64,000 bases of DNA from Raillietiella orientalis (taxonomy: Eukaryota): NCBI GenBank assembly GCA_036172245.1, contig JAYWIR010000011.1:2976001-3040000 (forward strand), read 5' to 3'. The notes under the pieces are model-generated. The model saw only the letters and a list, made by a program, of their open reading frames with translations. It was not told the DNA's origin and ran no database searches. Shown one piece after another: positions 14,601-28,480 of the stretch. Made by a program: the position numbers and the translations under genes. The stretch's first letter is position 1; the number at the start of each line of letters is the position of its first letter.

Positions 14601-15102
14601 ACACAAACGTATGCATCAATTTCCTTGTACACGTGATCTCTGAAGGGTGCAAATTATGTTTTCAGAATGTACTTTAACTGTGACGACAGATGCAGCACAC
14701 CAAACATAATATTCAAGTGCAATGTTACAGCAGACACTTCGTGACAGCTTCCTGATGCTCAAGTTCTTAGAACTGTGTTAGCCTACTTAATGAAGTTTCT
14801 GCATCTAGAGCCCTCAGATTGGAAATTTCTCATACTAACAGGCATGGAACATATAGGAAGTTCACCACCACAAAACCAGAATCATAGATTTCATCACCAC
14901 AAAACCAAATACGAAAATACCCTTATTGCAAGGTACAGAACCATTGCAAACAAACTGACAAAAATCCCAATCCATGAGAACCTGCAACGGATTTCATAGC
15001 AGAAAATTCTGAAAAAATTAGGGGTTATATATTGGAATGTGCTGAAATATCACAGTAAGCTATTCAAATAGACACAGTAGTATGCATACTTTATTCAATG
15101 AT

Positions 15103-17539
15103 TTACATCTTCTTCACGGAATTCAAACCTAGAAGAGCAAGAATGTTGCCCATGACTTCAGAAGTAGCTTCACAGAGAAGCAAACGACCCATGTCCACAT
15201 TAACAATTCTTCCACTACTGCCTTCCCGCTGTATACAGTAACAGGTTTCATAAAAATCAGAAAACAGATTGGCTAAATCATACAGGTAATCACACAACAA
15301 ATGAATGTGAAGTTCTTGCGCAGCTCGATTTATTACTTCCACGTAATGCAACAATGCCTGCAGATACAAATGTGAAAAAGTGCGTCTACTCAGACTTACC
15401 TTGGCCAGTTTCAACTCCTTAGGGTGATTAACTGAAACATCTGACACATGTACAGACTGACGAATAATAGAACTTGAAACCTGAGCAGCAGACAAAATGG
15501 AGTGAATCCGTGTCAATGCATATAGGATGTAAACAGCAGTGTTACCCTTGTCTTCCAGCATCTGAAGTCAGCAGAAAAATATAAATAAACAAGTAGAATG
15601 CAAATGGTACCTTGCTAAATGAGAATACATATTCATGGTTGCGATTCTTGGAAAGATCAGCATACTTGATACAGCCATATGCTACAGCCTCTTCTGCTGC
15701 TTGCATTTCTTCAGTGCTTAAGACAGCATCCCGGCTCTTCTTAAGTAACTTTTCTTGAGATCTGCGTATTCCTTCGTCAAGGAGATCTAACAGTTTCACC
15801 GTGTTGCCTTCCCTTGTCTTGAATTTTTTCCCATCCTCGCCCAGCACAACCCCAAACCCACAATGGTTCACTCTAACCTTCACTGGATCCCAAATACCAA
15901 CTTCAGCAGCACATGCAAAGATGGTTTTAAAGTGCTGTGCCTAAAAACCACTAACCCTCCTGATGCAATAGTAACAGTTTTATACCTGCCCAGCATCAGT
16001 CACATAGATGATCCAGTCAGCATGTTCCTCTTCAATACGGTACTTCAAGCAAGTCAAATCTGAAGTATCATATGTGAAAGCACCATCTGATTTCACAAGG
16101 GTCAAAGGCACTTTCATTCCAGAAGCAAACAGAACTTTCCGTCCTTCATCTTCTTGTAACACTCCTGAACAGAGCATAAGTGCAATGAAGCAACAACTTA
16201 AATCATATACCTTGCTGATCAAGTGAGGAGACCAACTTTTGCATTCGACTTTGGTAGAATGATTCTCCTTTTTCATGTACGACAATCTGTAGTCTATTGT
16301 ACACTTTCTGAAATTCTGCCAACACTCAAACTAAACCCAAAAAACCAATTCACCTTTACGAGATTCCTCACATATCAACTTCCAAGCATTCACAGTGGAA
16401 GGATCTCCAGACTGCAACTTCACAACAAAAGAATATGCCTTCTTTTTGAATGCAGCATCTGCATCAAAGTGCTCTTTTGCTTCCTATCAAGACCAAACTA
16501 CACATAAATCATAAGTTCTTCCGGAAAATTCCAACCTTGTAAAATGTCTGCAGATCTCCAATAGGAGGACTTTTTTTCTCGTAATCAGGAAACTCCTCTT
16601 GCAGGTGAGCAATGAGCATACCAAACTGAGTACCCCAATCACCCACATGATTCACCCGAACCACTTCATGACCCAAATATTCCAGCAATCTAGAAATGCT
16701 ATCACCAATGATAGTGGACCTACAAGAGCATACATTCCATTCAAGCAAAAGAAATGCATCTGACCTTAAGTGTCCAACATGCATCTGCTTAGCTATGTTT
16801 GGTGAAGAAAAGTCAACAACAACTTTCAATTTTCTACGGATTTCCGGAGGAAGAGCACCATATACAATTATTTTCTTTACTTCATTCTGTACAAAATCCT
16901 TTCTGATAACAATATTCAGAAAACCTGCTCCAGCTACTTTTACACTTTCACAGATTTCATTTTCTGGTAAAAGAGACTCAAGTTTCTGAGCAACTTCGAG
17001 TGATGAAACTGTTATTCCTTGGCTTCGGAGTACTTGGGATAAAGTCAAACTTGAGTTGAACTGATAATCACCAAATTTGGCATTGGATGCAGGAACAACA
17101 GAAACTTGGAAACCAGATACTGATGGATATGCAAGCTTTATAGCCTCAGTAAATAACTGTGACAGCTTGGCAATTGGAGATACAATGCGCTGATGAGCTT
17201 CATCTTTTCTTCCAAGCTCACATTTAAGAATTGCCTGTAACCAATTCAGACTGATAAAATCATTCAATTAAAACACTAATCTATGATAGCCAATCAAATC
17301 TTTCACCTGCCTCTTTCAAAATATTGATCCGATACTTCAATTTTTCATGTTCACTTCTCAAGTCAGCAATGTTGTTATGGCCCTCTTCATGGCGAATTAT
17401 ATGATCACATTTGTGTTTTTGTTTCATTTCTTGCAAGTGATTAAACTTCATAATTAGCTCATCCAGGTGGCTCTCCTTAAAATTCCTTCATTAATGCAAG
17501 CAACTCTAAGAGTTAACACTGATTCTAAACTTGAACCAT
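15103..17539 (-). CDS. RARS1: Cytoplasmic arginyl-tRNA synthetase
   Basis: Exons 17475-17311, 17234-16765, 16719-16536, 16483-16354, 16315-16211, 16164-15986, 15940-15611, 15561-15400 and 15357-15103 total 660 codons including the stop. Motifs: [24 protein letters not shown] (HIGH-like), [38 protein letters not shown]-terminal KLKYRINIL. The start exon is uncertain (candidate ATG at 17539). Confidence 0.96.
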
Positions 17540-18515
17540 TTATGACTACAAGACTTTGATCTCTAAGTCAATAGATAAACTGGCAAGAACAAGTAAACTG
17601 AGAACACATTGAAAACATTTTCCTGACAAATGAGAAGTGACCAGGTACCATGAAGTTCAATGTATTCCGATTTCCACGCTTAAATAAAATACTTGAATAT
17701 AAGTATAATTGAGTTATGGGAGGGAAGAGAAATCTCAGATTACAACCGGCTTCCCTTCCGACCCAACGCACTCCAACCCTAAATAAGCTTAGAAACTTTT
17801 TGGCGTCTCTTACAATGTGAAGCGTATGAACTCACATTTTCTTTTCTTATATCCGTCATTTGGCCCAACGGGAAACAAGAACTACTGGACATCTTCAAAC
17901 CTGCAAGTCATCTGCAAATAGCGCATGCTTCCTGTTGCCAACTCTCGATTGCCAACAGAAGCGACGGCGACTCAAAACCTCTCTTTCGGCATAGAACGCA
18001 ACATGCAAGTAGCAATAGTAGCAATAATTCCCCCTGTGTAAATTAACGAACTCTGTTCATATCTAACACATCTGGTGTATTTCTTTCAAACTATTTCGGT
18101 ATTGCAATAGATGATTCATGACTGTTGATGATCTGTTCACACATAACATACACATAGAGCATAATATAGAACTCTTATCTTGACTCTACGAAATTTCGTT
18201 TTACACGCTTCAAATCCAACAAAGGGCAAAACCTACAGCTGATTTGGAAATACAAAATGTAAGTGCACCCCCTCTAAATATTTTAGATTCAAACCAGTTT
18301 TTCAAACCCAAGCAGGACTCTTAGCCAGTGAGTCTCTTTGTGGGACCCATAGTTCTAAATTCATTTCGTTGATACTACATTTTAGTTCTCTCACTCTAAC
18401 GATCATAAATATTAAAAATTATTAAAGGGAGACATTTCCATTGCCAAAATGTAATGATGTAAGGATTCTTGCATTTCCTTTGCCAACGAGTATGTGATCC
18501 AGCTTTACGTGCTGC

Positions 18516-18592
18516 ATAGTCATGGACATCGTATGATGTTCCATATAGATAGTTCCATATAGTCATGGACATCGTAGGATGTTCCATATAGA
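18516..18592. repeat. Local tandem duplication (about 34-nt core, 43-nt period)
   Basis: ATAGTCATGGACATCGTA(T/G)GATGTTCCATATAGA occurs at 18516 and 18559 with one mismatch. Confidence 0.85.
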
Positions 18593-19499
18593 ACTAGCAA
18601 AGAAGTCAGGAGTATTTCTCCAAGAGCGCGAACACTGTGCAAACAATAGTTTCACAACCCCTTGGGTTTTCCCTGGACACGGTTCGCTCCTCAAGGGTTG
18701 CAAATGTTGTGTAGTGCTTCAGAGTGAGGATCCCAACATAGAAGCTTCCCAGAACAAACGTGACTCCCAGATGTTGTCCATCGCCTCGACGACAGCTGAT
18801 GTGACGGCTGATTTGGCTGCAGTGTCCACCTATCCGAGTTGATCGGCCAGAGAGAGAGCAGATGAGTGAATAGCTAGGTTGTCCCCGTCGGAGCGTCGCA
18901 CGAGAGAGCCAAATCAAATCCGCCTCGAGATCAGTGAGGGCAAGATTTATCCGTGGACCTTGAAGCGTGGATGAATCCTGCGCTGCAGAAGCGTGGTGCA
19001 CATGTCTTCGAAGACCGGAAATAAGTTGTGCCTGTTCCTGTCGCTCATTATGGAAGGGGTCTCTGTTTCTAACTCGTTCATTGCCTCCCTCTTGCGATCC
19101 ATATTTTTTTGTCTTTTTCCTTACTCCTCCGCTGTGAGGCAAGAAGAACGGCTGATGGACTCTTCAAGGAAGAAAGTCCTTGAGGATGTTCTGCACCCTG
19201 AATTAATGCTCAAAAACATTGCTGCCTCACGCTATCCTCAGGCACAGCAGTCTGATTCCTTGGAGGATGGAGCTGCAACTCCCCTCTCGAAGACTGGCTC
19301 CGATGGAGAAGCTCCGGTGAGAGCAGCATCGGTACTGCTCTACTCATCGCATTGTGCAGAAGAAAGCCGGTTGCTAGAGACTGGTGCCTCTTCTGCCTCG
19401 CGACGGGAAACTGTTGGAGATGTTGAAGTTCCTTCCGGAAACAGCCTGGGTTCGCAGTGGCAGGAAACGATTTCACATTCGCCCGCAGCCCCATGAACT

Positions 19500-20150
19500 T
19501 CCATGCTTGGTCATAGTGGACAAATTATAGTCCTTCCCCTTGTGTGGGGCTCTTCCGTGTTTCCCTTCGGCTGCAGCATGTGAAATGGTTCTAACTGCAC
19601 TGTTCGCTTCCAGTGCAAGGAGAGTTTGCATCTTGCGTGTCTATAGGGACCGTCATTCTGGTGTTCCAGTGGTGGGATGATCACATCGCTCCCGTTGATT
19701 CTTTTCACAAGGCTGCTCCAGGGAGTTTATTTCAATCAAAAAATAAATCAACATTAAAGAAGCAGCGTAGTTCCTTGTGATTCATAGATGAAAAAGAGGA
19801 AGACAAAAGGAGTTCAACTGGGGAGGGCTCGCCGACACAGGGCAACAAAAGAAACTGTTTGTACTGAGGAGGAACGGCGATGAACTAATAAATAATAGGT
19901 GGCTGGGGATGGGGGGCGCCGGGATTGGTGCCTCACTTCTAGATCCTCAGTGCAATGCTGGATGATTTCCCTACTCGCTTCCGGTTTCAGCTGCCTTCTT
20001 CGGGATTGAGTGCCTTCTTCAGGAAGGCCATAGCAAGCGCAGGCAGCCTCCCGTTGCCGCCGGTGCAGCTCCAGAGAGTCCCAGGCCGTAGGGATGCTGC
20101 GGATGCGTGGCCATGCGTAAATAATCATGTATGCATGAAACAAACAAAGT
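19500..20150 (-). mobile_element. Possible decayed Gypsy integrase C-terminal fragment
   Basis: PPLEHQNDGPYR...LEP resembles the GPY/F motif region. Weak and fragmentary. Confidence 0.3.
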
Positions 20151-22086
20151 CCTCTCAAATCCTGCATAGCCTTGAGAAATACAGAAATCAAGCAACTGTA
20201 AATAAATCCAAGAAACGTGGATAAATTCGGAAAACCTTATATCAGAGGGATATTTGGTAGTTCGCTATATAATATGACAATAAGAGGCTAGCGAAAACTG
20301 TGAAATTTGTACTTCTGAGTTCCGCATAAAAGTTTGCAATGTTTCCATTGACTGCATTTTCCACTTTTTTAATTTTTCACATCTCAAGTACAAAGTCAGC
20401 TAAATTACAAAATAAGATATGGACAGCTGCACATGACCATGTCAAAACGATTTCGTGAATCCAGCAGCACATACTGATAAGGAAAAGATTCCCACAATCC
20501 TGCATCTAACATGATTCTGTACATAATTCTGTACTCCGTACTGTCAGATTTTCATAATCCGAAATAGCAGGGTACATTTTTCAAGTTGTTGAGGATCATG
20601 TAATTCCTAAATGGACTTTTCTGAAATACTGAAACATTTCCTTTGCAATGCAATAGCTCATAGTGAAATATTTGAACAGAAATGCCAGTTTCCAACAAGT
20701 AGCATCTAGGTGATTTATTCTCCTGTTCGAGGTTCCGGCTTTTCCGTGTCTGATCATCCTCAGATAGCATTTCGAAAAATTCGTAATGCAAATATCCTTG
20801 TTTATTTGTACGAAGTATCGCTTGGAGGACTGTGTGGGCGCAACATTTGGTTTCTTCTCGGTAGGAGCGATGAAGATGCCGGAAAACGGAAGAAAACCTC
20901 CTCAGTTATACCAACACCTTAATCTGTAGAATATGAGCAAAAAAATATCTTGCGTATATTTGCTCTATACTTATTCGTAATGACGTTCTCAATGATGCCT
21001 GGTTTGCTGTTTTTCCGTTTTTGTTTGTGTGTGTGTGTGTGTGTTTTTTTTCCCATTGCAGAGTAAAGCAATGCGTATCGTACACGAAAATGGGCTCACC
21101 GTGTTGCCACGAACTTTGGACTTTCTATTTTACTTTCGCGATCTAGATGATTGCGGTCATCCAAGCAATCGTCAGCTGGATTGTCTTGGATTTCCAAAAA
21201 AGTTGTTTTGTTTCCGCTTGCCGGATCATATTGAAAGGGATGCTGCCTCCGACCGGGAGGGTTCAACATTGTACTCAAAGTGGCTGTAAGTTACCTATTT
21301 TGTGTGTTGTTCTTGCGGTTCTTGGAAATTAGTCGTCTTCATGCCTACGAATCGGGAATTTCCCTTATTGCGTGAATAAGCCAACTGTAGGAAATGGATT
21401 CAAAACTTTCGTGTTTACAGGTATCCTTGAAAGGGAAGTTTTCCCTCCAAATAGCATTATTATTTGGGCTTGGTTCGTGAGAAAGTCGTTACTTTTAGTA
21501 TACTGTAGTTAAAAACCCGTAGCTGGCGGTATATTCGTCACAAGTGATAAATGCGCGTGATTTCCACAAGGATTTTCAGTTGGTCTTGTGGAATGAAAAA
21601 TAGGATTTTGCCTTCTGGACCAATCTTCTGTTGAAATTTTTGTTTTGTTTTGCTTATAGTGCAGTCATTGTGACAACGTAGTGAAACCTGTCGCTCTACA
21701 GAATGTAGTAATGCTTGTGCATAGGTAAGTAACTGTGGGGCGGACAATTAAACAAACATGTAATCTATCACTCGAGTACATGGAAATGAAATTCATATAG
21801 GTATATCGAATCTTTATCTGCATCTATACACAAATATGTAGATGCAAACACTTGACTGAGATTGAAGAGTTAAGTGTGTAAGTGAATCGTAGTGCATATC
21901 ATGTAATCCCAGAGATTCAACACATTTTGACTCTGAAACTGTCTACATATGTTAATTTTATGCATTCTATTGGTATGAAAAATTCAAACACAAAATACAA
22001 AAGTTTTTTTTTTTTTTTTTTTTCCAGAAAGAAAATACATTTTAAGCTTTAATAAAGCTTTAAAATCAAAATTAAAATTTCTCATT

Positions 22087-22976
22087 ATGGGATGCTGCCT
22101 TAATGTTTTTCTAAAATGTTGCTTGGGTGTGGAAAAAAAATATAATGATCAGGTAATGAAAAAGTTCACAATTGTGTGAGGACCTATCCCTTTATTGATT
22201 TGATCCTATATGAAACAATTGAATCTTGTTATTGGTGATGCATATTTTCATTACATTTCTACCCTTTTTAAGGAAATTTATGCAAATGAACACACAAGAC
22301 TCTTAGATAGTTCTGTAAATAACAGTATTCTCCATAATACTCTAACGAGGCAAGTAATCCAATTGAAACTTTTCAAGAATCATATGCTGTAGTGCTGACT
22401 ATGAAGCAGGTCATGCTGGAATGTCCTTAGCAAAACAAAATGATGAGAATGCAGAACTGAATAAGATTTTACAAGAGACCCTGTCTCGAGTTATTGATGT
22501 ATCAGCTCTTGACCTGTACAACCTTGAACAGCATGAATATGCTGACCGCCTTCAACTTTATTCATATAGGTAAGTTATCATTGATACATCATTTGAATTA
22601 CATCTATTAATGTCACTGTATCCATAAAAGTATATTGGAAATTGTTTTATGTTTAGACAATGTTGAAAAGGTATTGCAAGTTGTTTAACTAACATTGTGA
22701 TTGTTTTTGAGACTCCAGTGCTTCACAAATGACTCTGTTGTTGGTAATCCTCTGCCATCAAATAATGTTCCTTTAAAGGATATGCCTGTCATGGGAAATT
22801 TAGAAAACTCTTTTCCTGAAGACGATATACAAGAAGTAAGGAAATTGGCTTTTCTCTTAATGTTCACTTGCTTTAATTAATTTAAGATACTCCAAATAAG
22901 CAGCAGGATAGCTGAAGCTTTTCATGAAATCAAGATTGTATCAGAGGAACCACTAGTACTACCACTGGATATATGA
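22087..22976 (+). CDS. LAMTOR1: Ragulator complex subunit LAMTOR1 (p18), 177 aa
   Basis: Exons 22087-22152, 22273-22349, 22393-22569, 22712-22835 and 22887-22976. N-terminal MGCC acylation motif, EHTRLL dileucine-like motif, DENAELNKILQETLSRVIDVSALD...LEQHEYADR...YSYRL, C-terminal EIKIVSEEPLVL. Confidence 0.92.
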
Positions 22977-23256
22977 AGAATTTTACCTATGTGATGTTAC
23001 ATTGTAAGTTTCATAAGAAAATAAAACATGAAAGTAAATTGTTGTGAAAATCATTTTATGAATAATTCAAAGTGCCTTTACAAACATGCTAGGCAATTCA
23101 CATACACTCTTTAGAATGTATACATTCTCACTGATTAACCAACAACTTAATTTACATGCACAAACACATACAGTTGAATCTTGGAATTGTTTCTTCTAAT
23201 TCACAATTTTATCCATAGCCTAATGATGCACTCTGCTCAGATTTCCAATATCTGTT

Positions 23257-23514
23257 TTAATCTTCTGGTTTTTCTGGTGGTGGACCACAAGGCTGAAGCA
23301 TTTTTTCCATCAGATTAAAACGAACTCTTGCTTTTGTTTCATTCTCAGCTATTGCAAAAAAGTTCAGCATATCAAAATGTCCCATGAAAGAAGCATAAGA
23401 ATCCCGGTGCTGATTCACAACCCAATCAAACTTAATGGTGTCTGCATGTCCAGTGCCAATGTATTTGGACTGCAAATGTTCCAACTGACTGTGAATGTTG
23501 TATCTATCACCCAT
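23257..23514 (-). CDS. SF3B5: Splicing factor 3B subunit 5 (SF3b10), single coding exon, 85 aa
   Basis: MGDRYNIHSQLEHLQSKYIGTGHADTIKFDWVVNQHRDS...ARVRFNLMEKMLQPCGPPPEKPED, nearly identical to the animal SF3B5 consensus. Confidence 0.98.
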   Translation of the reverse strand: MGDRYNIHSQLEHLQSKYIGTGHADTIKFDWVVNQHRDSYASFMGHFDMLNFFAIAENETKARVRFNLMEKMLQPCGPPPEKPED

Positions 23515-26167
23515 GGAAAACTGTGCAACTAGTTTTTCATATTAAAAGATCTGAATAGAAATACACATTTGAGGTTACAAATCACAAAAATTCATCTTCA
23601 CATTATTCATAAGTAACCACGGATATGGTTAATTTCATTTTTACGTTAGTGCTTTATTCACAAATTCATGCATGCACACTATCTCCCCATCGTAACGCAA
23701 TTTTCGGATTCCAGTTTAAGGTGAATTGAATGGAGTCCATGTATTCCCCCAAAATTGGCACTTCTTTAAAACAATCACGACAGCGTTAACTGCACTTTCA
23801 CCAGTTACTTAATCAAATCATGCACACCCGAATATAGCTAAAGTACTTAATTTTCCGCAAATGGAGTGAATTCCACATAACTTACTAACAACATATGCTA
23901 AACAATTTAAAGTGCCGTGAACATACTTAAACATGGGTATCTGCAGCGAACAGTGAGATATTTGAAGGATCTAAAGATACATTCATATGACTTTCCCAAT
24001 GAGTTTTCCCCACAGACGAAACATGCAATACACGAAATAAAAAAGAAAATGCACACAAGGTTGGGTTCACTTTTTCCGCGATTTCCTTTCGCAAACTCGC
24101 ACGAAATACTCGAGGGGGGGGGGGGGGAGTTCTGCACCCTTGACTCGGTGTGGAAAAAAGCTGTTCCACGGGCAGCGTCTGTCCCAGAAACGCAACTTAC
24201 ATTCCAGTTCCGAAAGCCACCACAACTAATGCTGGGAAACCACAACAAAATCAACACGGGGGAAGCAAACTTGTGTGGATGCAAAACGAAACTCCCTGTA
24301 TCAGACACAATAAGGACGAGGAGAACAAGGGAACGTTGGATGTTTGTGGGAAGCAACTGGGCCAACCACACCGTGCAAACCGGCTACCACCGTTGCAGCA
24401 GCAGCAGCAGCAAGCTGACCCCGTTTCAGCTCGTCAGGACGGCCTCTTCCACGCCAGCGGCTCATCTACCACGTGCTGCCTCTCAACACGAAAGTCGTCC
24501 ATTTCCTGACCAAGGATTCATGTGCAAGGCTTGAAGGACTTATGCAGAAACCCCTCCATGATGAAGAGGGTTAGCGTCCCGACTTATTTCGACAGATAAC
24601 GGATGGTTGGGGAAGAACGTTCCACCCGTGGTCGGAAAAATACCAAGGGAGACATGGCCACTGTCAACACGGATGACTCCTGTAGATGCAGAGTTTACCT
24701 AATCGGTGAAACGTCCTTGTAAAATGAACAAGTGTCTTTTTGAAATTCACAATCCGATGCCATTGCTATTTCTTTTTTTCGTTTTTTATGCATCGAGGAA
24801 ATTAAGCTCCCCATTTTCTGGCTGGAAGTTTGGCATGATAATTGAATAAACTGCAATGAATCCCTCTCCTCTAAGGTGCAGCAAACTCCCCAACGCGGAA
24901 ACCTTACCCCATGATATAAACTGCTGAACCAGATTGAGGAATTTCTGAGTTGTACTGAGATTGTGAATGTAAATGAACTGTGAAAAGGATCACTCTGTAC
25001 ACGTGAAAAGAAATGGATGATAATATGGAAATGTATCATCCAATGTGTTGGTGGTAACGATAAGCAATAGTGTCTATGTTCTTCTTATAGCTAAACCATT
25101 CCGTGCATTCCAAATGCTCCACTAGAATGAACTTGGAAAAAGTCATTTTACTCAATGGTCCAAAATTGCAAACGAAAGATGGGAAGAACAAAAAACAGAG
25201 CAAAACAAAAAAATGGAATAATTGAATAGGAAGGTCTCGAATGATGTGAAATGAGAAACCATTAACACAATATATTGGTACTTTTACTCATACCAATTTT
25301 GCGTTCGTAATTCCTTTTTTTTTCTTCATGAAACTTTAGAATGTGTGGCATGCATACTGTAATACAGCATGTATGCTGTAATAATTCACGACAGGAAGTC
25401 TTTTTCCCGACTTCTTAGGCTGCGAAGTCACGTCATGTGCGGAGAAATTTAATTCTCAGAAGCTACAAATGATGCAGCTAGACTATTGGAAAGCATTTTG
25501 GAACAAGAAAATCCTTGGGAACTAATTGATGATTACGCTCATGAAGATGATGAATGTTGATTACATTATAATTGCAGTATTTTCATAAAATCGAGAATTA
25601 AAAATAAATTATCATTGAAGAGCCTTGAATCTTAAATGTAATGGAGCAACCGTAAAGATTATAGGTCCTTCTCACTCCATATTGTTTTGGAAAATGGGAC
25701 TTTGGTCGATGTTTTCTGATGCATTGGGAAATCGCGCTGGCCAGCCGCAAATACAAATTTCAATCTTTGCATGGTTAGTGTAGCATACGTTGATGATGCC
25801 CCCCATGTGTGCGCAAAACATAGTTGGTTTGTTTGTTTTTTTTTTGAATCCAAAACGCTAAGAATTTTCTGACTTACATAAGAGGAAAGGCCCACCACAT
25901 ATTGGGATTTCCCAAAAACAATAACAGTTGGCAACACCGCAAGGCGGAAGCTTTCAACCTGCGAATTCGTTTTATTTTCATCCGACTGAACTTAGGTGAC
26001 CACATTGAGATATCTTTTCTTGGCACAGCTGGCAGAAGTTTTCTTTTCTGTAGTTACCATAAAGACCCCTTACATTATCAAAATGACCAAAAGGTTTCAG
26101 CTGCCTAAGTTTTCGATGCTTGTCTTTGCTTTTCTTTCCTTGAAAATTATTAGCACATCAAACGTTT

Positions 26168-26560
26168 TTAATTCATGTACCTTCTACGCCTTTCATACAC
26201 AATTTGTTGCTGATAGAACAAAGCATTTTTCAAGTAGTTCTGGATCTGCATTAACGATGGCACTGCATCAGTTAATAAATTTACAGTCTCCAGAGCATAA
26301 TCCAAATCATAAATTGTTCCTTGTAGCTTGTCTCCGAGTTGGACTTGTTCCTGCTGGCATTCGATATTTGCTGGCAGGGTATGCAGTACATGTTCATGTA
26401 TACAGCAAAGTGCTAAGGATGGTTCATGTGCTAGTAATAGCAAAATTTCTGATGTTCTACATGCCACTAAAAAAACTGGAATCACCTCAACAGAGTAAAC
26501 CACGTAATCACCTTTTTCAATTCGTTTTTCCAATTGGAGATCAGTAGCATGTGCCTCCAT
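26168..26560 (-). CDS. BORCS8: BLOC-1-related complex subunit 8 (MEF2BNB), 115 aa
   Basis: Exons 26560-26512 and 26466-26168 with a 45-nt intron. KVACRTSEILLLLAHEPSLALCCIHEHVLHTLP...LQGTIYDLDYALETV aligns with BORCS8 [33 protein letters not shown]...QGAIYTVEYA. Confidence 0.85.
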   Translation of the reverse strand: MEAHATDLQLEKRIEKGDYVVYSVEVIPVFLVACRTSEILLLLAHEPSLALCCIHEHVLHTLPANIECQQEQVQLGDKLQGTIYDLDYALETVNLLTDAVPSLMQIQNYLKNALFYQQQIVYERRRRYMN

Positions 26561-26682
26561 TACAAGAACACTTTGAAACTACACTTTCAATAAATGTTAA
26601 TGCAAAATACCTAAAGAAAAAAACGAAGTGAATCTAAAACTGTGATGATCCCTTCCCAGATTTATGTTCTTATTTGCAATTT

Positions 26683-28317
26683 TTATTGCAGTTTGTTAAA
26701 GGCTGTAGGAGATCCCAAGTTATTTTCTGACAAGTGGTGTTTTTCTTGAAACTGCCGATGAACAGCATACTTTAAAGCAACCAAGAACTCGGAAAATGAT
26801 GCTACTGGTCCAGAAAGATATAAAGCATGGGCAAGAAGGGGAAGCTTCCGTAAAGTGCGACCTCCTAAACCTTTACTCTCCCTTTTCGAAAACAAAACAA
26901 AATAATTCGGAATAATTCAAATAAATAAACAAATTACTTTGCTAATTCCCTCAGTTGGAGACTACACACTGATGACATTGCATCTAAATTGGACATCTGC
27001 AAATATGATAATGACAGAATGGGTACTTGAGGATAAATGATTCCTTTCTGCATTAAATTCACCATTACATATTAGTCAATCCTTTCCTTACCTTCATAAG
27101 CTCTCGCAATGAAGATGCATAAATTTTATAAATAGCATCAGCACTAGGTAGTCCAACATACTGACGTATATCAGCACGATCCACAAATGCAATATCAATG
27201 GTAGCAGAAATATTTGATGTAGTCAAAATCAGCACATTAGGGTACCTGAAAAGAATTTAATAAATAACAATTACTGTATACTGACCTCCTAATCTGGTCC
27301 AGTTGTGTTAGTAATGCATTTACTACTCGGACGGCATCAGATGGATCAGCACCTGAACTACATGATAAGCGAGACCGTGTTAAACTTTCAACTTCATCTA
27401 TTAAAACAAATACTAAATCCTTGTTATCAACCATTAACTCTTGGATCTTGCTAAACATCTTTAGGACTAGTTTGCCACTCTATATAAGTTACATCAGTAG
27501 ATATTTAATACGAATATTTACTTGCCTCAGAAAACCACTTTGAAAATAAGCTATGGCTGTTAATTTCAATAAGCTGTCCATAAGAAAAACGATGACTCAA
27601 ACGGATGGATAGTTTCTGTGCCAGTGCTTTGCAGAGAGTTGTTTTTCCAGTCCCAGGTGGACCATGAAGCAACACAACTTTACTACAGGACACCAAATTA
27701 GGATCAACATTCTGATCAGCAAAACACAATGTGGAATTCACAAAACTAAGCAGCTAAAAGCAATCAGAATTTCAAATGCTTCATGCATCTCTTCTGACCT
27801 CACTTTTAATATCATTATCATAAATCAATGATTCCCACTGATGATGAAACTCAAGATTGGGTAAAATCCAATGACGTGCTGCAGGAATTTCTTCTTCATC
27901 TTCAATTCCCTCCATGTCACTACCATGAGGATCCAATTTATATACATGATATTGCACTTGGGTATTTTGAAAATCAATTTCCTATGCAACATCAGTAAGA
28001 TCTAAGACACAATAAACATGTGATGCTTACTTGATGGTGACACTTTTCTGAGACAGTAATGTGAATTTCCACAACATGCTCTTTAAGTACAGGATGAGAA
28101 AATTCCGTTATTATCACTTCATTCATGGGGTATTTTTGATCTTTGAACACTTCTTCAGCTATGTTTCTTAAATTATCTTTAATATATACACTGAAAAGCT
28201 TCATGTGTTTATGAATCTTAAGCTACATTACCTGTTTAATTTCTGTAAAATTTCGACGTGGACAACAGGAATCTCTCCATCTTTCTTGATACAATCACCA
28301 GATGTATCAGCTCCCAT
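26683..28317 (-). CDS. TRIP13: Pachytene checkpoint 2 / TRIP13 AAA+ ATPase, 437 aa
   Basis: Eight exons: 28317-28232, 28190-28031, 27981-27799, 27753-27526, 27479-27286, 27245-27092, 27047-26938, 26881-26683. Walker [41 protein letters not shown], Walker [39 protein letters not shown]. Confidence 0.97.
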
Positions 28318-28480
28318 ATTAACAAGATCAAAACTAGTAATTACCTGAGAAAAAGTTTAAAAATCATATAATTCTAATTTTTCCAATAGTAACACGTTAA
28401 AGAGTGACAATATCCCCAGGAACCCATCAATGCCACTATCCTTTTCAAAATTAAACAGACTTGCAGAATTGTCATTAATT

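Noticed and set aside
13355..14652. Multiple 60-215 aa ORFs on both strands
   Set aside because: Artefacts of GC-rich rRNA sequence.
23907..25610. ORFs 23917-24534 and 23907-24371, and an acidic exon-like tail near 25460-25560
   Set aside because: No recognisable domain or consistent exon chain; probably transposon debris, but unassignable.
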